This document shows positions 1 through 8,124 of a DNA stretch of 18,865 nucleotides, in pieces. The stretch's first letter is position 1. The number at the start of each line of letters is the position of its first letter. Under the pieces are notes generated by a model that was given only the letters and a program-made list of their open reading frames with translations, ran no database searches and was not told the origin of the DNA. The stretch covers positions 1-18,865 of the forward strand of contig JAGVWJ010000033.1 of NCBI GenBank assembly GCA_018304385.1. The letters run 5' to 3'. The DNA comes from Candidatus Micrarchaeota archaeon. GTDB lineage: Archaea; Micrarchaeota; Micrarchaeia; Anstonellales; Bilamarchaeaceae. The position numbers were made by a program, and so were the translations under genes.

Positions 1-138
1 TGCCATTTTCCTTATTCTTGAAATCCTTTCTGAATTGCCATACTCTCTTCCACCTGTGCCACCGGCGCGGTGATTTGGGATTCTAAGGTATTCGCCTTTT
101 CTTCTTATTTGTATGGCACTGGCAGTAGCTTCATTCAA
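1..138 (-). CDS. Possible hypothetical protein, N-terminal fragment running off the window edge (MNEATASAIQIRRKGEYLRIPNHRAGGTGGREYG...)
   Basis: Open frame from TTG at 138 to base 1, preceded by SD-like GGGTGG (150-145) and TTTATAAA (185-178). Only 46 codons are visible and no family is recognised. Confidence 0.3.
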   Translation of the reverse strand, partial: MNEATASAIQIRRKGEYLRIPNHRAGGTGGREYGNSERISRIRKMA

Positions 139-231
139 ATATATCCACCCATCTTTCAATTATTTTCTTCAATAACTTTTATAAACCTGTGTTCCGATTG
201 ACTATAACGAAATAATTAAAGGGTGGTATAC

Positions 232-603
232 ATGTGTGGTGGATCAGATAAGTGTTGTGGGAGCGGTTCGTGCGGTGATGCTTGTGGAGGAGGAAGTTGC
301 GGAAGCGATAAATGCGGAGAAGGAACGCATTGTGAATCAGAAAAATGTGAACCCCCAAAGATGTCTCCAGAGCAAATGTTTGATATGTTTGTATGCCTAG
401 CAGATGCTGCATGGATGAAAGCACTCAAGCAAAAAATGGTTGAAACTTACCTAAAAAAGCACGGAAAGGATATGGACAAGATGGCTGAATTCTTTACTGA
501 GGCAGCAGGATTAAAATGGATGAATTATGAAGAATTCCAAAAGAAAAGGCCAGAGCTAATAAAAAAATTTATGGAAGAAGAAGAGAAACATAAGAAAAAA
601 TAA
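232..603 (+). CDS. Hypothetical protein: Cys/Gly-rich metallothionein-like N-terminus plus a helical C-terminal domain
   Basis: Start moved from the ORF-track GTG (223) to ATG 232 because of SD GGGTGG at 221-226. Nine Cys lie in the first 39 aa (CGGSDKCCGSGSCGDACGGGSCGSDKC...), followed by the helical segment ADAAWMKALKQKM. Confidence 0.8.
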   Translation: MCGGSDKCCGSGSCGDACGGGSCGSDKCGEGTHCESEKCEPPKMSPEQMFDMFVCLADAAWMKALKQKMVETYLKKHGKDMDKMAEFFTEAAGLKWMNYEEFQKKRPELIKKFMEEEEKHKKK

Positions 604-637
604 CTGCAGTGGGCAATGGACAATGAGCCTTGGGCGG
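603..637. repeat. Degenerate heptanucleotide tandem array A (5 units)
   Basis: ACTGCAG TGGGCAA TGGACAA TGAGCCT TGGGCGG, filling the gap between two convergent stop codons. Confidence 0.7.
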
Positions 638-643
638 TGTGAG

Positions 644-1219
644 TTACTGCTTATGCCTCCTACTGCGCATATAAGCTTCGTCTGCTTGTGTTACTAATCC
701 TGCTTCAAAAAGCGCTTCATAAGGAGAGCTTTTGTAATAGCCTACTAATAATCCACTTAATCCATTATTATTAAAATCATCTCCAATTATCTCTCTAGGT
801 GATTTTCCTAAAACTTCAATAAGTTTTTGTATTACTTCTACTCTAACTTCTCTACTTCTCCAGTCAAACTTGTCAGGACGGTCTACGTATCCATTTTGAT
901 ATAACTCTTCTGCTCTTCCTTCTCTAATCATTTCTTCTACTCTTCTAGCTACTGCTTCTTTAATTTCTTGTGTTTGAATAGACGGAGCTAATTCTTCATA
1001 TCCTTTATCAGTAATTCTATAATTTCCTTTTTCAATAAAAAATAAAGCTAGCCATCGCTTGAACTCAGCTGTTTTATCTCTTGCAGAATTAATCTGTCTT
1101 TCGTCTGGTTCTGGTTTATGATTTGCTAAACCACCCTGAATAAGTCTTAAATGTGGTGCACTAATACGTCTTGTTTCGTGTTCTCTACCAAATACTACTG
1201 CCACTGAAGCTTTATGCAT
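644..1219 (-). CDS. Hypothetical protein, short paralog of a DUF4046-like repeat family (one SPY unit)
   Basis: Shares FKRWLALFFIxKGNYxITDKGYEELAP and DDFxNNGLxGLL..YKxSPYEALxxAGLVT with ORF 11680-13278. The DUF4046 resemblance (YxxSPY motif) is from memory, not a search. Confidence 0.8.
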   Translation of the reverse strand: MHKASVAVVFGREHETRRISAPHLRLIQGGLANHKPEPDERQINSARDKTAEFKRWLALFFIEKGNYRITDKGYEELAPSIQTQEIKEAVARRVEEMIREGRAEELYQNGYVDRPDKFDWRSREVRVEVIQKLIEVLGKSPREIIGDDFNNNGLSGLLVGYYKSSPYEALFEAGLVTQADEAYMRSRRHKQ

Positions 1220-1252
1220 GAAGTATTTGTGTTAGCAAGAGCATAAAAAGGT
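1220..1252 (-). promoter_or_regulatory. Leaderless archaeal-type promoter (acc-TTTTTA), duplicated upstream of the long paralog
   Basis: TTTTTATG about 30 nt upstream of ATG 1219. 25/33 ungapped identity to 13279-13311. Confidence 0.65.
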
Positions 1253-1296
1253 AACCTTTGCTCTGTATTTAATAACTTCTGATAGTAGGTTGTATT

Positions 1297-1722
1297 ATGA
1301 AACCATTACCATCAAATACCCCTCAGCTACTTCAAGACTTATACAATGAAGTTTACCAAATAGTACGCTTAGAGCTAGCGCATAGCGCGTTATCTATGAT
1401 GAGTGTATTGCTTGAGGCAACTGTGCGCGAAATTATAAAAAAGAAAAGAGGAAAGTATCCAACTGGGGATACGTTTACTAAATGTATAGACATTTGCAAG
1501 CGTGATAAGATACTAAGTGAGCAAGAGGCGAATTGGTTAAAAAAGATAAATGATCTTGTTAGAAACAGCTATTTACATCATGATGTTGAACGAATGGCTA
1601 AGAATATTAAGCTAAAGGAAATGGATGCTGATAAGAAAAAAGACTTTGATAGGATGGTTGCGCTTGAGCTTTTCCCAGAAGTGGATAAATTTTTTAGGGA
1701 GTCAGTTGAGAGGTATTTCTAA
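1297..1722 (+). CDS. HEPN-like (DUF4145-type) helical protein, putative RNase
   Basis: Rx4H motif (RNSYLH) near the C-terminus and an upstream helix LLEATVRE typical of HEPN/DUF4145. TTTAATAA lies about 29 nt upstream. Confidence 0.65.
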   Translation: MKPLPSNTPQLLQDLYNEVYQIVRLELAHSALSMMSVLLEATVREIIKKKRGKYPTGDTFTKCIDICKRDKILSEQEANWLKKINDLVRNSYLHHDVERMAKNIKLKEMDADKKKDFDRMVALELFPEVDKFFRESVERYF

Positions 1723-1780
1723 GGAATAGATCATGAGAAGAAATAACAATTATTATTTAACTTCATCTCAATGGAGTATT

Positions 1781-3007
1781 TTACCGAAGAAAATCTGTTA
1801 TATCGACAATCTCAATTTTCTCGGATTTGAATCTAATCTTTTCTTTATCAGGCACGAATAAAAGCCGTCGCTTCGCAGTTACCTTGTGAAGAACTTCCTC
1901 GGCTCTCAAAATATCGTCTCTAGTTATTTTTTCCTTCCATTTGACCTCAAGAGCAATTTCACATTTATCAAATTTTAGAAGGTAACCGTCTACATCATAG
2001 TCCTTTGCTTCGACTATGGTTTCACCAAGACCAAAAATATCTGCAAGAAACTCGCGTATGCAATCCTCAACGATTTTAGGTATTAATTCCTGTATGATCC
2101 TCTCGACTTCCAAGTCATTTAGCATTTTTTCAGAAATATTATACTTCTCGTCTGCGTAGTAAAATATTCTTACAAGCGATGACGTGTGCTTGTAGACAAA
2201 CCTATTTTTTCCATAAACCTGTAATTTTTTAATTATCCCGAATTCCACAAGATTATTGAGATGCTGTTGGATCGTACTTGGATCGTCTTTTTGTATCAGT
2301 TTTCTTGAGAACAAATAACTAGATATTTCACTTGAAACCACATCTCCATTTGCAATCGCCCTAAGTATCGCTTCGTATATTGCAGATAGGCTCCGTTCCT
2401 CCTCCACAAAAATATCTCCAACCAATGCAGGTACTGTCTTAGCTGATGCAGAAAGCACAATTCCGAAAATATATCTTGGGGATTTTTTTACTGCAAAATA
2501 ATCTACGGTGAGCGGCTCCTTTAGCAAAATTCCGAGTTCAATCAGGGATTTTTTTTCAAGATCAAACCTTCGAAGCGCTGTTACGGTATCTTTCAGGCTC
2601 ATCAACCATATGGGGACTTCGGCAAAAAGACCTAGAAGAGGAGAATGTGCAGAAAGCAACCTTTTTGATAAAAACAAAGTAGAAGAAATCAGAACGACCT
2701 TTCCCCGTTTTTTCGAAGCGTGCAAAAAATCAAAAAAAGCGTCTCCAAGCCTATGGAATTCATCTACAACGATGGTTTTATCATCTGCAATTCCTCTTCC
2801 TAACACTTCAATGAAGGTATCATAGCTCAATAGAGAACCATCTTTTTTTGAAATAATGGTCCTATCACGTTTGACAAAGAAATAGTCGTTGTATTCAGTG
2901 AAATTCTCGACAAGGAAGGATTTTCCGGTTTTTCTCCTACCATATATCATAAGCCATTTGCGTATCTCTCTGATTTTTTCTGTTTCGTAAGGTCTTTGTA
3001 TAATCAT
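1781..3007 (-). CDS. Archaeal AAA-type ATPase (ATPase_2) with wHTH and C-terminal DUF234 PD-(D/E)xK nuclease-like domain
   Basis: Walker A GRRKTGKS, Walker B VVDEFH, C-terminal DVDG...EVKW. Start set at ATG 3007 because acc-TTTTTAAG (3040-3030) lies about 30 nt upstream. Confidence 0.88.
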   Translation of the reverse strand: MIIQRPYETEKIREIRKWLMIYGRRKTGKSFLVENFTEYNDYFFVKRDRTIISKKDGSLLSYDTFIEVLGRGIADDKTIVVDEFHRLGDAFFDFLHASKKRGKVVLISSTLFLSKRLLSAHSPLLGLFAEVPIWLMSLKDTVTALRRFDLEKKSLIELGILLKEPLTVDYFAVKKSPRYIFGIVLSASAKTVPALVGDIFVEEERSLSAIYEAILRAIANGDVVSSEISSYLFSRKLIQKDDPSTIQQHLNNLVEFGIIKKLQVYGKNRFVYKHTSSLVRIFYYADEKYNISEKMLNDLEVERIIQELIPKIVEDCIREFLADIFGLGETIVEAKDYDVDGYLLKFDKCEIALEVKWKEKITRDDILRAEEVLHKVTAKRRLLFVPDKEKIRFKSEKIEIVDITDFLR

Positions 3008-3146
3008 AGTAAGTATAACTGCCATTATACTTAAAAAGGTTTCTATTGATTGAATCAAAATGAAAATATGAAAATAAAAATAGAAAATGATAAAAAAGAG
3101 TTAAACTAGCTGACCTTCCCTGCTAGTAAAAATATTAGGGGAATAA

Positions 3147-4190
3147 TTAGCCCTTTTCTTTTATTTTCTCAATAACTTCTTCTTTAGAACCTAATTCAAT
3201 ATTTTTCTTTGGTGCCTCAAACTCGCATGTTAGGATTGTTTCTTTATTTACATATTCGTAAGCAGAGTAAGCAGCAAGTACGCCTTCTGCAGCACCAGTT
3301 ATTGCTTGCTTAAATTTAGTATCAACTACATCGCCACCTGCAAATATCCCGACAACATTTGTTTGCGAAGCGCGATCAATAATTATATTTCCTTTATTAT
3401 CAAGCGCAACACCTAGCGATTTTGCTAATTGAGATTGTGGGATATGACCAATATCTACAAATATTCCATCTAATTTGAATTCCTTGCTTTCATTGTATGG
3501 CTTATCTAAAACAGCATGAGTAACAAATTTATCTCCTTTGATTTGAGTGATATTTGTATTAGTTATTATCTCAATTTTTCCTTCTTTTATTTTATTCTCA
3601 ATACGTGCAAGATTATATGGTTCTGGCCTAATCTTATCACCGCGATAGATTATGTAAACTTTCTTTGCCCATTGTGTGAGCAATATTGCCTCTTTTGCAG
3701 CGCTGTCTGCACCGCCTACTACACAAACAATTTTATTTTTATATGCGTAACCATCACATAAAGCGCAATAATGCACACCCTTGCCACTAAATTCTTTTTC
3801 ACCAGGTACACCTAGTTTTCGCCATTCAGTACCAGTTGCAAAAGTGATTGTTTTAGTCTGATATTTTTTATTATCTTCAGTATAAACAAAATAAGTTCCT
3901 TTTGCTTCTCCGTGTTTTGCAGGACATTTTTCCACCTTTGTTACTTTGGTATCGATTGCTTCAACACCTTCATAACTTAGCGCGTGCTCTTCTATATTTT
4001 TAGCAAGTGTTATACCGTCAGTTTGCTTTATGCCGGGCCAATTAGCAATATCATTAGTAAGAATGATTGTTCCGCCCCGCACTGCAGCAATAACCAACGT
4101 TCGCAGCTTAAGGCGACCAGCGTACATTGCTGCTGAGAAGCCGGTTACTCCTCCACCAATAATAATTGTATCATATATTTCGTTTTGCAT
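3147..4190 (-). CDS. trxB: Thioredoxin-disulfide reductase
   Basis: FAD motif GGGVTG, redox CALC, GGADSA and C-terminal GIFAGGDV. Confidence 0.92.
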   Translation of the reverse strand: MQNEIYDTIIIGGGVTGFSAAMYAGRLKLRTLVIAAVRGGTIILTNDIANWPGIKQTDGITLAKNIEEHALSYEGVEAIDTKVTKVEKCPAKHGEAKGTYFVYTEDNKKYQTKTITFATGTEWRKLGVPGEKEFSGKGVHYCALCDGYAYKNKIVCVVGGADSAAKEAILLTQWAKKVYIIYRGDKIRPEPYNLARIENKIKEGKIEIITNTNITQIKGDKFVTHAVLDKPYNESKEFKLDGIFVDIGHIPQSQLAKSLGVALDNKGNIIIDRASQTNVVGIFAGGDVVDTKFKQAITGAAEGVLAAYSAYEYVNKETILTCEFEAPKKNIELGSKEEVIEKIKEKG

Positions 4191-4202
4191 GTCATTACCC
4201 CA

Positions 4203-4409
4203 TCATAATTCTGGCACTTGTAATAAATAACCTATAATAATGAGAATTATTCCAGAAACTGTAACCCATTTTTCCTTCTTAATTTGTCTGACTACGCTTT
4301 CATCTATCTTATGTTCCTTTACAACCCTAGAATGGACCAACAAAACACTTATTGAAATCAAAAGCGTACCAGCAAACTCCAATGTAAGACCAATAAAATG
4401 CATGTTCAT
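4203..4409 (-). CDS. Small two-TM membrane protein
   Basis: Two hydrophobic helices. Co-oriented with the glutaredoxin and trxB genes, with 23- and 12-nt gaps. Confidence 0.75.
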   Translation of the reverse strand: MNMHFIGLTLEFAGTLLISISVLLVHSRVVKEHKIDESVVRQIKKEKWVTVSGIILIIIGYLLQVPEL

Positions 4410-4432
4410 TTATTTCACTATCAAACCCTAAA

Positions 4433-4675
4433 TTACAAATCTAAAAGCTTCCTCATCTCTGCTTCATTATATCCTACGATAACCTTACCATCAATATCGA
4501 TAACTGGGATTCCTGTTTGCCCGCTCTTATTGACTAGTTCGTCAGCGTATTTTGGATCCTTTTCTGGATCGCGGACTTCGTATTTTATATTGTTTTTAGT
4601 AAGCCAGTCTTTTGCCTTTGTGCACCATGGACACCATTCTGTAGAATAAACGATTACTTTATGTTCTTTTGCCAT
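4433..4675 (-). CDS. Glutaredoxin-like / NrdH-type redoxin
   Basis: YSTEWCPWC active site and GQTGIPVI cis-Pro motif. SD GGAGGT precedes ATG 4675. Confidence 0.9.
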   Translation of the reverse strand: MAKEHKVIVYSTEWCPWCTKAKDWLTKNNIKYEVRDPEKDPKYADELVNKSGQTGIPVIDIDGKVIVGYNEAEMRKLLDL

Positions 4676-4814
4676 AAAAATTACCTCCAATTTATGATGG
4701 AAGAATAACGAATATATTATTTAAAAGATTATGCCAGATAGGTAAACCTTTCTATTATGGGTTTTGATGTAAAGCAGTGTATTTTTAAAGTGTTCTGCAC
4801 AACAACTTTTTGCT

Positions 4815-5522
4815 ATGAAGGGGATTAGATTTGCAAGAGTTTTTTCTATTTCTGCTGTTTTGTTAACCCCAGCCATAGGATTTAGACCCCATAATGTACT
4901 AGCAGATTCCGTCCCTGAAACAGTTGTGAGAGAATCACAAACAGTAAAGGACTTTTTCTTAAGGTTATATGCAAATAAAAAAGCAGCAATAGAAAGAAAA
5001 TTTAAAGCTACCTATCAGGGATTGGTGAGACAAGGACTAGAGGACACTGAAGAAAACAAACAAAGGACAATGATTGCTTTATTTTTTCATGATTTAACAA
5101 AAAGCGATGGTGTTTTTGGTAATGTGTATTCTTTTGATGCATATCAAGGAATAACACCTCAAACTATGCTTGATGCAATATTTTCTTCTCCACCGACACG
5201 TGTTTATGCAAGATGTGACAGGCTAGAGATGCTTTTTGCAGGTATTTTGAAGGATGTCTTTGGAATTTCGGCAAGGGTTGTTTTGATATTTTCAAACCAT
5301 ACAAGTACAGAGGTGCCTCTAAGCAATGGTTATCTGATTTTGGATAATTCCTTTGATGTTGTTGAGTTTTCAAGAACTAGGGCAAAGGATAAACCACCTG
5401 CAGATGGTAAATACAGTATAAGAAGAGCAAACCGTCTGGCAACATTAGATTTAAGCGTAGTTCTTGATCCACAAGGAGTAGAAAGAGTAGAAAGGGCAGT
5501 GCAAAGATACTTAGCAAACTAA
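4815..5522 (+). CDS. Probably exported transglutaminase-like (Cys-His-Asp) protein
   Basis: Signal-peptide-like N-terminus ending in VLA. Triad pattern ARCDRL (C134), GISARVV..NHT (H162), LILDNS (D177). Confidence 0.65.
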   Translation: MKGIRFARVFSISAVLLTPAIGFRPHNVLADSVPETVVRESQTVKDFFLRLYANKKAAIERKFKATYQGLVRQGLEDTEENKQRTMIALFFHDLTKSDGVFGNVYSFDAYQGITPQTMLDAIFSSPPTRVYARCDRLEMLFAGILKDVFGISARVVLIFSNHTSTEVPLSNGYLILDNSFDVVEFSRTRAKDKPPADGKYSIRRANRLATLDLSVVLDPQGVERVERAVQRYLAN

Positions 5523-6724
5523 CGCATTGCTACTCGTTGTTTTCTATCATTAAGGAAGGATTCTATTTCTCTATCTACATTTTGTTTTCCTTGGGCAATA
5601 GATTGCGCTATTGTTTGTAGTAGTCTTATTTTTTCAACTGTAGTTAACTCATGCGCAGTAAATGTTTCTCTAATGAACCTTGAAGCCCTTTTGTTATCGC
5701 TAAAAAATGCTGAAACGTATTCAACTGCAAGATTTATGGCTAAAGTTCCGTGCTCTGGTTTTAATAGTGCCAGATATTTTACTAACTTTCCTCTTTCCCC
5801 TTCATCATCCCTTACATGTTCATTCCATAAGCAGCGATTTAAGTGTCTTAAGATTGTTAATACATCATGCGGCTGGTTACTTGCAAATGCAAATGCATTT
5901 TCTAATGTCGGTAACATCTGAAGTGCAACCCTTGCCTTAGCAGTTTCTGATTTTATTCTTTTATTTAATCTTGGAACTATTTTTTTTGCATAATCTTCCA
6001 TTGCCTTATCTGACTCTTCTTCCGTTATTCCTGGGCCTAAAATAGCGCCACCTAATGAAATAGTTATTATTTTACTTCTAGGAAACTTATCCTCTGGCCC
6101 AACAAATGTTGGGTCCATTAGAAATTGTTTTTTAAGTCCTTTGAATTTAACTCCTGTAAGCGCATGAACACCTGCTGGGATAATACTAGCCTCCAGACCT
6201 AGATTACTGTGCTTGTTTATCGCTTCAATAGCCTGCGCAATAAGAAATGCAGTTTCATCACAATCTCCAAATGTTGAAAAATTTGCCAATGACTCAGGTG
6301 TTTTGAATGCCCTGCCAGAGAGCACATCAGTAAAGAGCCTTCCAAAACGGCTTTCTAGTTCAGATTTAGCAAATTTAGTGCCAGATACAACTTCTAATGT
6401 TTCTTCTTGTTCGGTTGTTGGATAGTGTACACCTAGAACCCCCCCATAGCGAAATAAATAGAAACAAAGCTGTACTGCACTCCACTGCTTTGCTAGCTCT
6501 GATTTTTTTACACCGAGTTTTGTCAATTCTTGATCAGTAAATTTTGCAAGTTGTGGATCATTTAGTTTTGCAACCACAGCATCTTTTTTTAGATTCAAAA
6601 CCTGGCTTAAAATAAACTCTTCAAACTGTGAATAATGTGCATCATAAAAATTTTTCCAATGCTTTTCGAATAATAAACCTAACACATTGCTTGCATCTCT
6701 TTTAACTGGGGTAGGTACTGCCAT
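5519..6724 (-). CDS. Transglutaminase-like domain protein with helical C-terminal region
   Basis: GDCDE...VHA...LMDPT triad pattern. Start moved to ATG 6724 to remove the overlap with gabT; a TATA box lies about 29 nt upstream. Confidence 0.72.
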   Translation of the reverse strand: MAVPTPVKRDASNVLGLLFEKHWKNFYDAHYSQFEEFILSQVLNLKKDAVVAKLNDPQLAKFTDQELTKLGVKKSELAKQWSAVQLCFYLFRYGGVLGVHYPTTEQEETLEVVSGTKFAKSELESRFGRLFTDVLSGRAFKTPESLANFSTFGDCDETAFLIAQAIEAINKHSNLGLEASIIPAGVHALTGVKFKGLKKQFLMDPTFVGPEDKFPRSKIITISLGGAILGPGITEEESDKAMEDYAKKIVPRLNKRIKSETAKARVALQMLPTLENAFAFASNQPHDVLTILRHLNRCLWNEHVRDDEGERGKLVKYLALLKPEHGTLAINLAVEYVSAFFSDNKRASRFIRETFTAHELTTVEKIRLLQTIAQSIAQGKQNVDREIESFLNDRKQRVAMR

Positions 6725-6745
6725 AACATGTATTAAATAGGCAGC

Positions 6746-6754
6746 ATTTAAAAG
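6746..6754. promoter_or_regulatory. Candidate bidirectional TATA box
   Basis: TTTAAAAG on + is 30 nt before ATG 6777. TTTTAAAT on - is 29 nt before ATG 6724. Confidence 0.55.
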
Positions 6755-6776
6755 CATCATCTTCCATGTAAAAATC

Positions 6777-8117
6777 ATGAAAAATATTAAGATAAAAACA
6801 AAAATCCCAGGTCCAAAATCGCTAGCACTAATGAAAAGAAAAAAGAACAGCGTCTCTGATGGCATGGACATTGTAATGCCTGTTTTTGCAAAAAGTGCAA
6901 AAGGCGCGCTAATTCAAGATGTAGATGGAAATATTTTCATAGACTTTTACGGAGGAGTAGGCGCAACTAATTCTGGCCATGGTAATCCAGCAATAGTAAA
7001 TGCAGTAAAAAAACAAGCTGAAAAATTTATACATACCTGCTTTTTTGAAACTCCTTACGAATCTTATGTTGAGGTATGCGAAAAACTAAACAAAATTACC
7101 CCTGGAAAATTCAAAAAGAAAAGTGCGTTATTTAACTCAGGGGCAGAGGCAGTAGAAAATGCAGTAAAAATTGCAAGGAAATTTACTGGTAGGCAAGCGG
7201 TTGTTTCTTTTGAGGAAGGATTTCACGGTCGTACGTTGTTAACGCTTAGCTTAACTGGCAAGGTGAAACCATATAAATTTGGTTTTGGACCTTTTGCACC
7301 TGAAACATATAAGTTACATTATCCTTATGTTTATAGGATGCCTCCGCATGTAAGTGAAGAGGAATATGTTGATTACTTATTAGAATATATTGAAAATGAT
7401 TTTTTCAAAGGAGTTGCTGCACCAGAGAATATTGCTTGTGTGGTAATGGAAATGATAACTGGAGAAGGTGGATTTATTGTTCCACCAAAAAAATATGTGC
7501 GCGAGCTATATAAGATTTGCAAAGAAAATGGAGTTCTATTTATTGTAGATGAAGTACAGAGCGGATTTGCACGCACTGGTAAGTTATTTGCATGCGAGTA
7601 CTTTGGTATAGCACCTGATATAATAACTACTGCAAAATCACTTAGCAATGGTATGCCACTTAGCGCGGTTACAGGCAAGGCAGAAATAATGGATTGTGTA
7701 CAAGAAGGCGGGCTTGGTGGAACATTTGCTGGAAATCCATTAAGCTGTGAGGCTGCAAAAGCTGCTATAGATTTTATATTGAAAAAGAAATTATGGCTTC
7801 GTGCAACTTATATAGGAAGAATAGTTGAAAAAAGATTCAATGAATTTAAGAATGAATTTGAATGCGTTGGAGATGCGCGCGGGCTTGGCGCGATGCGTGC
7901 TATTGAGATTGTAAAAAATAAGAAAACAAAAGAGGCAGATAAAGAATTAACTAGGAAGATAGTAACAAACGCGTATGAAAATGGATTGCTGGTGCTTTCT
8001 TCTGGATTACTTGGAAATGATATACGCACGCTAATGCCTCTTGTAATTAGCGATGCTCAATTAAAGGAAGGGTTGGATGTATTGGAGATGGCAATTAGAC
8101 TTAATATAAAATACTGA
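6777..8117 (+). CDS. gabT: 4-aminobutyrate--2-oxoglutarate aminotransferase (class III PLP)
   Basis: FNSGAEAVENAVKIAR, FHGRT, DEVQSGFARTG, PLP lysine in TTAKSL, GGTFAGNP. Confidence 0.88.
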   Translation: MKNIKIKTKIPGPKSLALMKRKKNSVSDGMDIVMPVFAKSAKGALIQDVDGNIFIDFYGGVGATNSGHGNPAIVNAVKKQAEKFIHTCFFETPYESYVEVCEKLNKITPGKFKKKSALFNSGAEAVENAVKIARKFTGRQAVVSFEEGFHGRTLLTLSLTGKVKPYKFGFGPFAPETYKLHYPYVYRMPPHVSEEEYVDYLLEYIENDFFKGVAAPENIACVVMEMITGEGGFIVPPKKYVRELYKICKENGVLFIVDEVQSGFARTGKLFACEYFGIAPDIITTAKSLSNGMPLSAVTGKAEIMDCVQEGGLGGTFAGNPLSCEAAKAAIDFILKKKLWLRATYIGRIVEKRFNEFKNEFECVGDARGLGAMRAIEIVKNKKTKEADKELTRKIVTNAYENGLLVLSSGLLGNDIRTLMPLVISDAQLKEGLDVLEMAIRLNIKY

Positions 8118-8124
8118 TTCTTAT

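Noticed and set aside
40-100. GC-rich patch resembling a tRNA 5' end (GCCGGTGGCACAG on the - strand)
   Set aside because: No T-loop (TTCGAA) or cloverleaf could be built.
644-797. Similar 3' ends of the two paralogs as a DGR template/variable-repeat pair
   Set aside because: Mismatches involve all bases and are largely synonymous rather than adenine-specific, both copies are intact genes, and no reverse transcriptase is in the window.
2508-2825. Antisense ORFs such as 2508-2825, 3516-3761, 7373-7678, 9148-9408, 10805-11143, 11043-11429, 17014-17388 and 18542-18859
   Set aside because: They lie wholly opposite well-supported genes and have no motifs, so they are shadow ORFs.
3057-3127. A-rich pseudo-repeats (GAAAAT) and a 6-bp hairpin downstream of trxB
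   Set aside because: These are best explained as ordinary oligo-T termination tracts on the - strand and are too weak to call a distinct element.
6725-6871. ORF-track N-terminal extension of the 450-aa ORF (apparent TM segment)
   Set aside because: It is the antisense of the gabT 5' end and the promoter. ATG 6724 fits the TATA spacing.
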